Source: Poseidonia sp.
GTDB taxonomy: Archaea; Thermoplasmatota; Poseidoniia; Poseidoniales; Poseidoniaceae
Assembly: GCA_965661285.1 (NCBI GenBank)
Contig: CBFIDD010000002.1
Span: 256,001 to 320,000 of the forward strand
Reading direction: 5' to 3'
Length of the DNA: 64,000 bases
Shown here piece after piece: positions 29,549 through 38,624 of the stretch. Position 1 is the stretch's first letter, and every line of letters starts with the position of its first letter. The position numbers and the translations under genes are program-made. The notes under the pieces are model-generated. The model did not search any database and was not told the origin of the DNA. It was given only the letters and a program-made list of their open reading frames with translations.

Positions 29549-30259
29549 ATGGCGAAACGACGGGGTATCGGAAACCTGCTCGCTACGGGCGAGTTCAACG
29601 GAGTGTTGAAGAGGACAGCGGGGGTCTGCTCACCTATGCGGCGAAGGCGACGGAAGGGGAAAGAGGAAGGGCAATCCTCGCTCGATGCTTTCAGCCAATC
29701 CGGCCCCATTGACAAACCCAATGAGCGTCCAACCGTACCCACCATGCCAGACCTGGACCTTCTCGAAGCCGCAGAAGCGAAACTGCAAGAAGAAGCGGAG
29801 GGCAAGGCCATACCTCACGAATCAAAGGCGGTCGGGCCACGTCGTTTCAACATGCCAAGCTCCCAAAAAACACCAGCGCAGCGAATGCCAAAAGGCAACA
29901 TCACCTACCACAACCTCGAGCAGCGCTACCCGCATGCACCCGTCCCGCTCTACGAGGGAGAAATGGTCCTCCACAATTCAACGCTCCTCGACCTCACCGG
30001 ATGTGGAGCGTTGATGGATTGGGTGGCTGACGGCCACGGTTGCATCGTCGAAATGAAACGCATGATGAGCCGGAAAACCGAATTCAACCAAGCGATTGGG
30101 ATGTTGAGTACCTTCATTGAAGGAGATGTGCAAGGCCAGATCATCCGAATCACCGACACACGATTGTTGCTTCTCCCCCAGGGGTGCCGTGGCATCAAAG
30201 GTACGGAGATGGAAGGGTTTGCCGTCTCGGCCGATGAATTGACGGACGTGTACGAATGA
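29549..30259 (+). CDS. SepF-like protein with long N-terminal extension
   Basis: C-terminal DGHGCIVEM...VQGQIIRITDTRLLLLP resembles the SepF core; adjacent to ZPR1 as in other euryarchaea; start uncertain. Confidence 0.65.
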   Translation: MAKRRGIGNLLATGEFNGVLKRTAGVCSPMRRRRRKGKEEGQSSLDAFSQSGPIDKPNERPTVPTMPDLDLLEAAEAKLQEEAEGKAIPHESKAVGPRRFNMPSSQKTPAQRMPKGNITYHNLEQRYPHAPVPLYEGEMVLHNSTLLDLTGCGALMDWVADGHGCIVEMKRMMSRKTEFNQAIGMLSTFIEGDVQGQIIRITDTRLLLLPQGCRGIKGTEMEGFAVSADELTDVYE

Positions 30260-30897
30260 ACGAGCAACCGGTCGACATTCCCTGCCCCATCTGTTTTGAG
30301 GAGGGGAAGGTCAACATGATTGCTCATGTTGACGAAATTCCATATTTCGGTGAGCACACACAGGTCACCATCCTGTGCCATGCTTGCGGATGGCGCCAGA
30401 CCGATTTCATCCCTGCCGAGGGAAAAAAAGCCGGGGGCTGGTCGTTGGTCATTGACGAGGAGGAGAAACTTCGGGCACGCGTGGTCCGGTCATCATCGTG
30501 CACCATTTGCGTTCCTGAATTGGACTTGGAGGTTAAGCCCGGCAGCAACGCTACCGGCTACGTCTCCAACGTTGAGGGCGTTTTGAACCGATTTCAAGAA
30601 ATCATCGACATGGTTGAGCGCGACCTCTCGCAACAATTCTTGAACAGCGAAGGCGAAGCACGAGAGGAATTGATGACCCAGTTAGCCACCCTGCAAAACA
30701 TGACCTTGACCCTGAAGGAGTTGGGCCGCCCAAAAGCGGACAACATCACCCTTGTGTTGCTTGACCCTCACGGACATTCCATGATTCTCCATCCCGATGC
30801 CGAAGAGCGTGATTTGACGGATGAAGAACTGCAAAAACTTCCAGTTGGTCCCGACCCGGCCGTGTTCTCAGCCGACGAAGCCGGCGGTTCACCGTGA
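30256..30897 (+). CDS. ZPR1 zinc-finger protein
   Basis: CPIC...IPYFGE...CHACG, VVRSS, SNVEGVL, DPHGHS. Confidence 0.92.
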   Translation: MNEQPVDIPCPICFEEGKVNMIAHVDEIPYFGEHTQVTILCHACGWRQTDFIPAEGKKAGGWSLVIDEEEKLRARVVRSSSCTICVPELDLEVKPGSNATGYVSNVEGVLNRFQEIIDMVERDLSQQFLNSEGEAREELMTQLATLQNMTLTLKELGRPKADNITLVLLDPHGHSMILHPDAEERDLTDEELQKLPVGPDPAVFSADEAGGSP

Positions 30898-32274
30898 GTC
30901 CGGTGCGAGGAAATCACGAACCAGATGGGCGGTTTGGTCCCGCATCTCATGCAGATTGGCCATCCATGCCGTGGCTCGCTCGATGCAAAGCTGCTTCATC
31001 TCACCCGCCAGAAGCTTTCCTGACCGGAACGCGGCGTTGATTTCACCCAGGTAGGCATCGTCCTCCTCAAAGAAATACATCATGTACTGGTAGGCCACAT
31101 CAATGTCTGGATTACCACCCAAGCGACGGTGCTCTTCAAGCGTGGGCTGCCCTCCGGAAAACGCTCGTTTGATCTTCTTCTCGACCGTGGCAAGGTCGTC
31201 TCGCAGAAACAGTGTTGTTTTGGGCTGACTGCTGCTCATCTTGTCGCCCGTCATACCAACAGCAAAGTGATGGTAGGTTGATGCCGGAGCCATCAGGCCA
31301 AGCCCTCCCAAACGGCGCTCCAGCTTCAGCAACGCCATACGGATGCTGTGTTTGTCTCGCGCTGTGGCTGAAGGAACGTGGACGTGCCCCTGCTTGGGAC
31401 TCGACATGATGTCGGAGAATCCGAGCCCCGCCAAGGCCTCGACCACACGACCAAACACCTCTGCGATTTTTGCTTTATCGACACGGCCGTTCGCCATCTG
31501 CCCGAAGACAGCGGCGTTCTCATCATGAATTGACAGGCTCACCAAAATGCCCTTCGAGGACGCATCACGCAGGTTGAACCAGTTGGTTTTCGCAGCCAAA
31601 CCCCGAGTCAGACGAAGATGGGGGTCTTGGTCAACACCCACGGGGACGACGACCGGACGAAGGCCGCCAAATTCGTCCAACTGCGGGTGTAAGATATCAC
31701 CTACTTGCACGAGAGGTGCTTGCACGTGCGCCAAGTTGGTCTCGCCGCTGAACCCGTAAATTGATTCGAATTCGTTGAGATTCGTTCGCTTACCGAGTTG
31801 AAACCCAAGGCGTTGGACCACCGGTCGAGTGGATTGAAAATAGACGTTGGTTCGCTCCGGATTGAGGCCGAGCGCAGCATAGTGAGCGATGTACTCCTCA
31901 AGAGCCACGTGGCGTCCTTTCTCCAAGGAGACGCCTCGGGTAGCTTGACTTTCCAAGTCCGCCACGGCAATGGTCACATCTCCGCCTTGTTGTTGGAACC
32001 ACTTGACTTGTTCAACCACCATGGAGTGCCCCAAGTGCATCTGACCGCTTGGCATCAAACCGGTCAGCACGCCGAAGGCATCACCGGTGCGTTGAGCTTC
32101 GAGGATTTGGTCGACATCCCGATGGGCAAAAACAATGCCACGGCGATGAAGTTTGGATGGAGAAGGAATGGAGACGCCCTCCATTGAGGTCAACCCAAAC
32201 TGATCGATGATTCGGTCATAATCGGTGGATTGAGCACTGCCCCAAGGGTCGATGATAAGGTCGTCCTTGGCCAT
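30889..32274 (-). CDS. trpS: Tryptophanyl-tRNA synthetase
   Basis: GLMPSGQMHLGH, PVGVDQDPH, KMSSS, AFSGG. Confidence 0.96.
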   Translation of the reverse strand: MAKDDLIIDPWGSAQSTDYDRIIDQFGLTSMEGVSIPSPSKLHRRGIVFAHRDVDQILEAQRTGDAFGVLTGLMPSGQMHLGHSMVVEQVKWFQQQGGDVTIAVADLESQATRGVSLEKGRHVALEEYIAHYAALGLNPERTNVYFQSTRPVVQRLGFQLGKRTNLNEFESIYGFSGETNLAHVQAPLVQVGDILHPQLDEFGGLRPVVVPVGVDQDPHLRLTRGLAAKTNWFNLRDASSKGILVSLSIHDENAAVFGQMANGRVDKAKIAEVFGRVVEALAGLGFSDIMSSPKQGHVHVPSATARDKHSIRMALLKLERRLGGLGLMAPASTYHHFAVGMTGDKMSSSQPKTTLFLRDDLATVEKKIKRAFSGGQPTLEEHRRLGGNPDIDVAYQYMMYFFEEDDAYLGEINAAFRSGKLLAGEMKQLCIERATAWMANLHEMRDQTAHLVRDFLAPDSR

Positions 32275-32295
32275 GTCATGTCCCCTTGGTGGTTG

Positions 32296-33594
32296 TCACG
32301 CTTCCTCGTCGGCATCAAGGCTTCGCCTGTTCATTACCGGATGCTGCTGGTTGTGAAGGGGTCCCTCGCCAGCCAAGCGGGACAGCGGACCCAATCCTTC
32401 ACGACCGAGGACAGCCAACATCAGAAACGTCGTGAGAACACCCACGCCTACGATGGCATACGGGATCCAAGCATCCTGACCTTCTGCAGGCCGGGGTTGA
32501 ACCAGCCATGTGAAGCGAACATCGGACTCTTCAACAAATCGCTTTGACCATTTGAACAAATCTGTCGTTTCATGGGCGGCAATCGTGACTGCAGCAGAAT
32601 GATTGTTGAAAAATTCCGCCTGTGAGAGAATGTCGTGCTGGACGTTGGAGGTGTTCAATGCGATTTGCACATGGTGTCCGTTGAGAACCGAGAGCACGAG
32701 GGTCCCGTCTTCTTGTTGCCACCAACCTTCTTTGGAGTTTCTCTCGCCCTCTATAGATAAGAGTTCAGAGCCGCTCACCGTCGAAGAAACAGAACGCACA
32801 TCTGCTCCGTCAACATCGATAAGCCATGTGAGCGGAACATTCCACGGCAGACCGTCCGACACCGAACGACAGGCTTCCGTTTCCAACGATTCAAAGGACA
32901 GAACCGAGCCGTTGGCCGTTTCCTCCATCTGATGGGTGTGCTCGTAGCACCGTTTTCCTGCCCACGATGACCAGGCTTGACCCCATGTCGTCAACCAAAT
33001 GCCAGGCGTCTCATCGAGATAGCTGAACACATCACGGTCGTGACGAACCGTAGCATCGTTCACGCGACCAATCCAATACATGTTCACCAAACCACCTGCC
33101 TCAACTTCGGTTTGCAGTGCTTCGAGAGATGCAATCCCCTTTTCCAAGCTCCCGCCGCGACGGCCGAGGTTGTACCAATCCCACAAGTCAACGGGCGTGT
33201 CTGAAGCGTTGTGCCACGCCGTTGAAGAGAGGGCGGTCATATCGCCGTGGACGGTGAACCCCTGACTGGCGATTTTTCCGTGGTCGGCCATCGTGAGCGT
33301 TGGCGGCGCATAGGTTGAGAGCGGAGAGACGCCCCAGATGCTGGCGTTCAGTCGCTCTTCAATGTAGGATTTGCAGGCTTGAGCAACCGCTCCAGGGTCG
33401 TTTTGCCATGAGAGTCCGGGCATGCCATAGCATCCAAACTCATCACCTGCTTCGAGACGTTCCTGTCCCAAGGATGTTCGAAGCCAGCCGTCCTCCTCCC
33501 AAGCAGACTGTGCCAAGGCAACGGGATGGACCACCACAGCGAGAATGAGGCCGATGAGAAAGCAGGGAAGGACCAGCCTGGTGTCGTTTCCCAT
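32296..33594 (-). CDS. Secreted, C-terminally anchored hypothetical protein
   Basis: Signal peptide ending ALA; C-terminal TM helix. Confidence 0.75.
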   Translation of the reverse strand: MGNDTRLVLPCFLIGLILAVVVHPVALAQSAWEEDGWLRTSLGQERLEAGDEFGCYGMPGLSWQNDPGAVAQACKSYIEERLNASIWGVSPLSTYAPPTLTMADHGKIASQGFTVHGDMTALSSTAWHNASDTPVDLWDWYNLGRRGGSLEKGIASLEALQTEVEAGGLVNMYWIGRVNDATVRHDRDVFSYLDETPGIWLTTWGQAWSSWAGKRCYEHTHQMEETANGSVLSFESLETEACRSVSDGLPWNVPLTWLIDVDGADVRSVSSTVSGSELLSIEGERNSKEGWWQQEDGTLVLSVLNGHHVQIALNTSNVQHDILSQAEFFNNHSAAVTIAAHETTDLFKWSKRFVEESDVRFTWLVQPRPAEGQDAWIPYAIVGVGVLTTFLMLAVLGREGLGPLSRLAGEGPLHNQQHPVMNRRSLDADEEA

Positions 33595-33717
33595 GCTGTT
33601 CGGTCAAGTTGATGCTCTTTCACGCTTGTCCTTGGCCCACCTGAGGGCGTTGGGAAAATCCGTATTCTCCAACAAGATGTGAGGAAGCATGAAAACAAAC
33701 GACGGCGAAGGCCATCC

Positions 33718-34503
33718 GTGAGCGACCTTACGGCAATTGAACAGGCGTGGTTGGGACTTGAAGCCCACTGGTCCATCCGACCCAGTCCGAAACCGCTTGC
33801 CAAAACGCCCGTCTATGCAGGATTGCGCATGTTCCTCTCGCCCCTGTTGCGACCGCTGCTGAGGTGGAAAATTCGAGGCGTCGAACACATCCCGAGAACC
33901 GGCGCCACCATCCTGGCTGCCAACCATCTTTCCCACGTCGACCCGATCGCTGTCATCGCCGCTGCTCGCAGAACCACCCACTACCTTGCCAAGGACGGCC
34001 ACTTCAGCAACCACCTGACAAGTTTCGTGATGCGTGCTACCGGTCAAATTGAAACCCATCGGGAGGCAGGTGGAAGTGATGCGCTGGCCAGTGCAGCAAC
34101 CATTCTCAGCCATGACTGCGCCTTGGGAATTTTCCCTGAGGGCACTCGCTCAAAACGTACGGAACCGCCGTTTTTGCTCCCCGGAAAAACGGGCGTTGCC
34201 CGTCTGGCGGCAGCCTACCCCCACGCCGTGGTCGTGCCCTTGGCCTTGGTTGGTACACGTGGCGTCATGCAACCGCAACACCACAAAGTTCCGCGGCTGT
34301 GGCGGCGGTTCGAAGTGAATGCTACAAAAGGCGTGACCTGGCTTGAATGGTTGGCTTCGGAGCGCGGAGGAAATCACTCACCCGCTTCCCTGCTGACGCT
34401 GTCCGAGGCAGAGGACCACGAAATCAGAGCCGAATTGTCTGGCCTGTTCCGTAAATTCACCGACCAGTTAATGGCCACGCTCGCCGCAGCAGGCGCCCCT
34501 TGA
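33718..34503 (+). CDS. 1-acyl-glycerol-phosphate acyltransferase-like (PlsC family)
   Basis: NHLSHVD (HxxxxD), LAK, IFPEGTRS, KTGVARLA. Confidence 0.9.
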   Translation: MSDLTAIEQAWLGLEAHWSIRPSPKPLAKTPVYAGLRMFLSPLLRPLLRWKIRGVEHIPRTGATILAANHLSHVDPIAVIAAARRTTHYLAKDGHFSNHLTSFVMRATGQIETHREAGGSDALASAATILSHDCALGIFPEGTRSKRTEPPFLLPGKTGVARLAAAYPHAVVVPLALVGTRGVMQPQHHKVPRLWRRFEVNATKGVTWLEWLASERGGNHSPASLLTLSEAEDHEIRAELSGLFRKFTDQLMATLAAAGAP

Positions 34504-34548
34504 AGAAGACCTAAGTGCTTCCTTGACCGTCTTCCGACGGGTGAAGAC

Positions 34549-35343
34549 GTGGAGGCTTACTTGGACTTGATGCGGCACATCTTGGAAGAGGGCGCAGACA
34601 AGGGCGATAGAACCGGCACGGGCACCAAATCCGTCTTTGGATACCAAATGCGCTTTGATTTGGCCGAAGGATTTCCGATGGTGACCACCAAAAAATTGCA
34701 CTTGCCGTCCATCGTCCACGAACTGCTCTGGTTCCTCAAAGGCGATACCAATGTCAGCTACCTGCAAGAAAACGGCGTGCGAATTTGGAACGAATGGGCT
34801 GACGAAAATGGCGACCTCGGGCCCGTCTATGGTAAGCAATGGCGAACGTGGGAAGCCAAGGATGGTCGCATCATTGACCAAGTTCAGCAAGCCATTGAGA
34901 CGATCAAGACCAACCCCAACAGTCGACGCATCATCGTCTCTGCATGGAACGTGGGCGAACTTGATGAGATGGCCTTGATGCCCTGCCATGCATTTTTCCA
35001 ATTTCATGTCGCAGAAGGACGCTTGAATTGTCAACTGTACCAACGAAGCGCCGATGTGTTTCTCGGCGTCCCCTTTAACATCGCATCCTATGCATTGCTG
35101 ACCCACATGATGGCTCAAGTCTGTGAATTGGAACCCGGCGTGTTTGTCCACACCCTCGGCGACGCCCACCTCTACAACAACCACCTCGACCAGGCACGGT
35201 TGCAAATCACGCGAGAACCCCTGCCTCTTCCCACTTTGAAACTGAACCCCGCCATCACCTCCATCGACGCCTTCACCTACGAAGACATCGAAGTCATTGG
35301 CTACGAACACCACCCCCATATCAAAGCGCCAATATCCGTCTGA
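34549..35343 (+). CDS. thyA: Thymidylate synthase (bacterial type)
   Basis: [33 protein letters not shown]. Confidence 0.97.
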   Translation: MEAYLDLMRHILEEGADKGDRTGTGTKSVFGYQMRFDLAEGFPMVTTKKLHLPSIVHELLWFLKGDTNVSYLQENGVRIWNEWADENGDLGPVYGKQWRTWEAKDGRIIDQVQQAIETIKTNPNSRRIIVSAWNVGELDEMALMPCHAFFQFHVAEGRLNCQLYQRSADVFLGVPFNIASYALLTHMMAQVCELEPGVFVHTLGDAHLYNNHLDQARLQITREPLPLPTLKLNPAITSIDAFTYEDIEVIGYEHHPHIKAPISV

Positions 35344-35353
35344 GGCTTCGCTT

Positions 35354-35824
35354 ATGCTTTCCATGATCTTCGCCTGCGATGAAAAAGGAGCCATCGGGAA
35401 AGATGGCGATTTACCGTGGCGCCAGTCATCAGACCTGCAACATTTCAAGCGCATCACCCTGGGAAAAACCGTTGTCATGGGGCGAAAAACATGGGAGAGT
35501 TTGGGCCGCCCACTCCCACAACGACGCAACATCGTGATGACGCGTTCGGGCATCACCGATGACGTTGAAACCATGGACTTTGATGAGGTCATGGCCCTGG
35601 GTGAAACCGAGGAGGTCGTGATTATTGGAGGGGGGGAAATCTACACATTGTTCCTTGAACACGCGAAGGAAGTTCACCGAACCATCATCCACACCGTGGT
35701 TGAAGGTGCCGACACCTTTGCTCCTGAAATTGAATCGGCTGGATTCTATCTGATAGCAGAACGAACGGTGCCCTCCGGTGAGCGGGACGACCATCCCATG
35801 ACGTTCCAGCAATGGATTGTTTGA
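35354..35824 (+). CDS. folA: Dihydrofolate reductase
   Basis: IGKDGDLPW, MGRKTWES, RPLPQRRNIV, IGGGEIY. Confidence 0.95.
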   Translation: MLSMIFACDEKGAIGKDGDLPWRQSSDLQHFKRITLGKTVVMGRKTWESLGRPLPQRRNIVMTRSGITDDVETMDFDEVMALGETEEVVIIGGGEIYTLFLEHAKEVHRTIIHTVVEGADTFAPEIESAGFYLIAERTVPSGERDDHPMTFQQWIV

Positions 35825-35826
35825 TG

Positions 35827-36210
35827 TCATTCATGGTCTGGCCTGTATTCCGTAACCCGAACGCCGAGGCGCCCTTGAAGGGCTTCACGCTGCATGATTC
35901 TGTCGTATTTTTTCTCGAAGGCTGCTTTCAAATCAACCTCCATGGCCAAACTGTGGCCCATGAGAAGAATCAACACGTCCGCCATTTCTTCAGCGCATTC
36001 CTCAAGTGGTTTTCCTTTGGTGACCGCAGCGGCGAGTTCTCCCAATTCCTCAATGGTGAGAGCGAGACGGTAGCCCATATCGTGTCCGTTCTGCCCGGCA
36101 AAGTCGTGTTTTGCATGGAAGGCAGCGACTTTTTTCATCATCGCATCCCATTCATTTGAGGGCTCGTAATGCATCCACTGCTCAACTGAACGGCCTTTCA
36201 TGAGCGCCAT
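35827..36210 (-). CDS. MazG-like nucleotide pyrophosphohydrolase
   Basis: EELGEL...EEMADV motif. Confidence 0.85.
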   Translation of the reverse strand: MALMKGRSVEQWMHYEPSNEWDAMMKKVAAFHAKHDFAGQNGHDMGYRLALTIEELGELAAAVTKGKPLEECAEEMADVLILLMGHSLAMEVDLKAAFEKKYDRIMQREALQGRLGVRVTEYRPDHE

Positions 36211-36238
36211 GGGGAACGGCCCGCCCATCATGTTTGTG

Positions 36239-37021
36239 TCATTCAAGCATGCCGAGGATGCAGGCCCACACCGGGTCCAAGCGGTCGTTGGCCTGAGCAG
36301 AGACCTCAACGTGGTCAAGGGCTTTGGCATCATCTGATGGGTCCCGCCCTGCTGCCCAATTTGAAGAAATACAAATGGCAGCATAGGGCATGTCCAACTC
36401 AGCCGCTAATTTTGCTTCACGTGGCATGGTCATACCAACCATGCCTCCACCGAGACGTTCAATGGCATCGACCTCCGCTACGGTTTCGAATTGCGGCCCT
36501 TGTGTGAGCCAGTACGTGTAGCGCATGCGTTCCTCTTCACCAAAGGCCTGCACGTTTCGAAGAATGGCCTCAAGCTTGTCGTTGATGGTTTCGTCAAAGG
36601 GGATCGTGACGGAAGTAAAAACCGCTTCATCATCGTGATAGGTCGTGGCCACGCCCGTGAAATCCACGTATTGGTCCGCCAACGCCACTTTTCCAGGAGG
36701 GAAGGATGGGGCGATGGCCCCGACCGAACAAACGGATACAACAGCGTCAACATTGGCGTCGTGCATCGCCATCATGTTGGCACGATGATTGATGCAATGA
36801 GGTGGACATCCATGACCCGAGGCGTTGTGGTGTCGCTGAAGAAAGACAAGTTCGCGTCGTTGTCCGTGCACTTCGAGGGTTGACGAACGCAATGGGACAC
36901 GACCGAAGGGTGTATCGACACGAACATCATCCTCTCGCAGCATCTTTGCGGACTGGTCAACAAGTCGAGATGAAAGATCCATGTTGACGAGGCCTGTTCC
37001 CCCGATGACCCCCAATCGCAT
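36239..37021 (-). CDS. MTAP-family purine nucleoside phosphorylase
   Basis: GVIGGTG, TPFG, GPQFETVAE, VGMT, SNWAAG. Confidence 0.9.
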   Translation of the reverse strand: MRLGVIGGTGLVNMDLSSRLVDQSAKMLREDDVRVDTPFGRVPLRSSTLEVHGQRRELVFLQRHHNASGHGCPPHCINHRANMMAMHDANVDAVVSVCSVGAIAPSFPPGKVALADQYVDFTGVATTYHDDEAVFTSVTIPFDETINDKLEAILRNVQAFGEEERMRYTYWLTQGPQFETVAEVDAIERLGGGMVGMTMPREAKLAAELDMPYAAICISSNWAAGRDPSDDAKALDHVEVSAQANDRLDPVWACILGMLE

Positions 37022-37083
37022 GGTTGCCCCCACGCCGTTTGATTTGTCAAACCTGCGGCTGTTGCCCACAGAAAACGACGGTT

Positions 37084-38028
37084 TCACTCGTTGAGACGAG
37101 CGATGAGGTCAGCCTTCTTTCCTGAGACGGGTTTGCCAACGGCCTTGAGCAATTCCTTGAGTTCGGCCACTGTCATCGATGCGTAGTCGGGCGTTGAGGC
37201 GTTTTCTGCAGGTGCAGGTTCTTCTGCTTCGGCCTCAGCGGCTTCAGGCGCTGCTTCCTCTGCAGGTTCATCCTCTCCGTCATCGGCATCGCCAGCATCT
37301 TCACCGGCTTCTTCAGCCATAGCAGCAGCGAGTGCTGCGGCCTTCTTTGCCTTCATTTCAGCAGCCTGCCGCTCTTCTTGGGCGTGAACCTCGTCGAGGG
37401 TCATGCCATCGGAAGCCTCGACACCCTCTTGGAGCAGTTGGCTCTTGCGAATCGCCAAAGAGCGAACAGGGTAAATCGTCTTCACGGCCTTTTCGATCTC
37501 TTCTTCGAGCTTGCCATCGAGCAAGGCACGCTGCAAATCCGAGTAGGTGTTCTTTGCAGCGAAGGCGATGATGATGTCTCGGGTGCGGGTGCGCATGTCT
37601 TGCTTCACCGAGGTTTGAATGCGCTGTTGTGTGATGATGAGGGGCTTGAGTCGTACGAGGTAGCCATCGGTAGTCACCACATCAACCACGTCGTCAACCT
37701 TTCCGCGATAGCGACGAATCTGCCGGCGGGTGTGGTCTGTTTGGTGGTGGTGTCCGATGAAGGTGGTCAATGCGTCTTGACCCACGCATTCGGTCACGCG
37801 GAATCGCATGACGACGTGCATCTTGGAGAAGTTGCCGTCAAATTCTTGCTGTGTCATCTCGTAGACACGGCCGATGATGTGTTCATCAGACTCACCGATG
37901 GTTTCGCCAATTCGCTTGAAATCCCATGGATGACGAGGTGCACGGATGGTGTACCATCGCTTCGTCTTCCACTTGTCCCGTTGTTTACGCGCTGCTGCGC
38001 GTGCCTTTGCACTGATTTTCTTCGCCAT
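37084..38028 (-). CDS. rps3ae: 30S ribosomal protein S3Ae (eS1) with C-terminal acidic linker and SAP-like domain
   Basis: DKWKTKRWYTIRAP...IGRVYE...IYPVR core; tail MTVAELKELLKAVGKPVSGKKADLIARL. Confidence 0.94.
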   Translation of the reverse strand: MAKKISAKARAAARKQRDKWKTKRWYTIRAPRHPWDFKRIGETIGESDEHIIGRVYEMTQQEFDGNFSKMHVVMRFRVTECVGQDALTTFIGHHHQTDHTRRQIRRYRGKVDDVVDVVTTDGYLVRLKPLIITQQRIQTSVKQDMRTRTRDIIIAFAAKNTYSDLQRALLDGKLEEEIEKAVKTIYPVRSLAIRKSQLLQEGVEASDGMTLDEVHAQEERQAAEMKAKKAAALAAAMAEEAGEDAGDADDGEDEPAEEAAPEAAEAEAEEPAPAENASTPDYASMTVAELKELLKAVGKPVSGKKADLIARLNE

Positions 38029-38147
38029 GTCGATCCACTCGGTGTGCCTTGCGGGGGCTACCCCACTTGCAAGTTGCCGACAAACCTCCCCTATTTGAAG
38101 GAGCCTCATGGAGAAATGTGGACGGAACACGGCGATTCGGCAACCTC

Positions 38148-38624
38148 ATGAGCCATGCCCTTCTCGTGAAGACTGTGGGATTTCACCATATTACCTGGAG
38201 GGCCACGGCAAGCGCCGTTTCGAATGTTGATGCAGTCGTTGATGCACTTGCATGGTTGGTCAACGATACCGATGGGGTTGAAACCGATAAGAGCAGTTCC
38301 TACCACGGGCCCGAAATGACGCTGATCACAGCGACAACGTCGAACAAACGGAAAGCCATGCACTCTTTTTCTCGCCTGGGCGAAGCCAACATCCGGACGC
38401 TTTTGGATGCCATGGACGAGCGATTGGACGAGCAGAACATTCTGCATTTCCGCCTCTCCCTTGACGCACTCATCGACGGCCACGTCGTTCTCGCAGGTGA
38501 GGCCGAAGGACCAACTGTGAAAGGCCAGGCTAAACTCGAGGTGTACTCCGGAAAACCTGCAGAAGAACAACGGCTTGCCACCCTCAACGAGGCGCTTGAA
38601 CTGTCCAAAGGGAGCGATGGTTGA
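38148..38624 (+). CDS. COG1325-like RNA-binding protein
   Basis: SYHGPE, ERLDEQNILHFRL, KLEVY pattern. Confidence 0.7.
   Translation: MSHALLVKTVGFHHITWRATASAVSNVDAVVDALAWLVNDTDGVETDKSSSYHGPEMTLITATTSNKRKAMHSFSRLGEANIRTLLDAMDERLDEQNILHFRLSLDALIDGHVVLAGEAEGPTVKGQAKLEVYSGKPAEEQRLATLNEALELSKGSDG

Noticed and set aside
31290-31590. Insertion domain in TrpRS (and the Zn-ribbon insert in aRF1 near 1600-1720)
   Set aside because: Similar inserts are known in euryarchaeal homologs, so not treated as novel.
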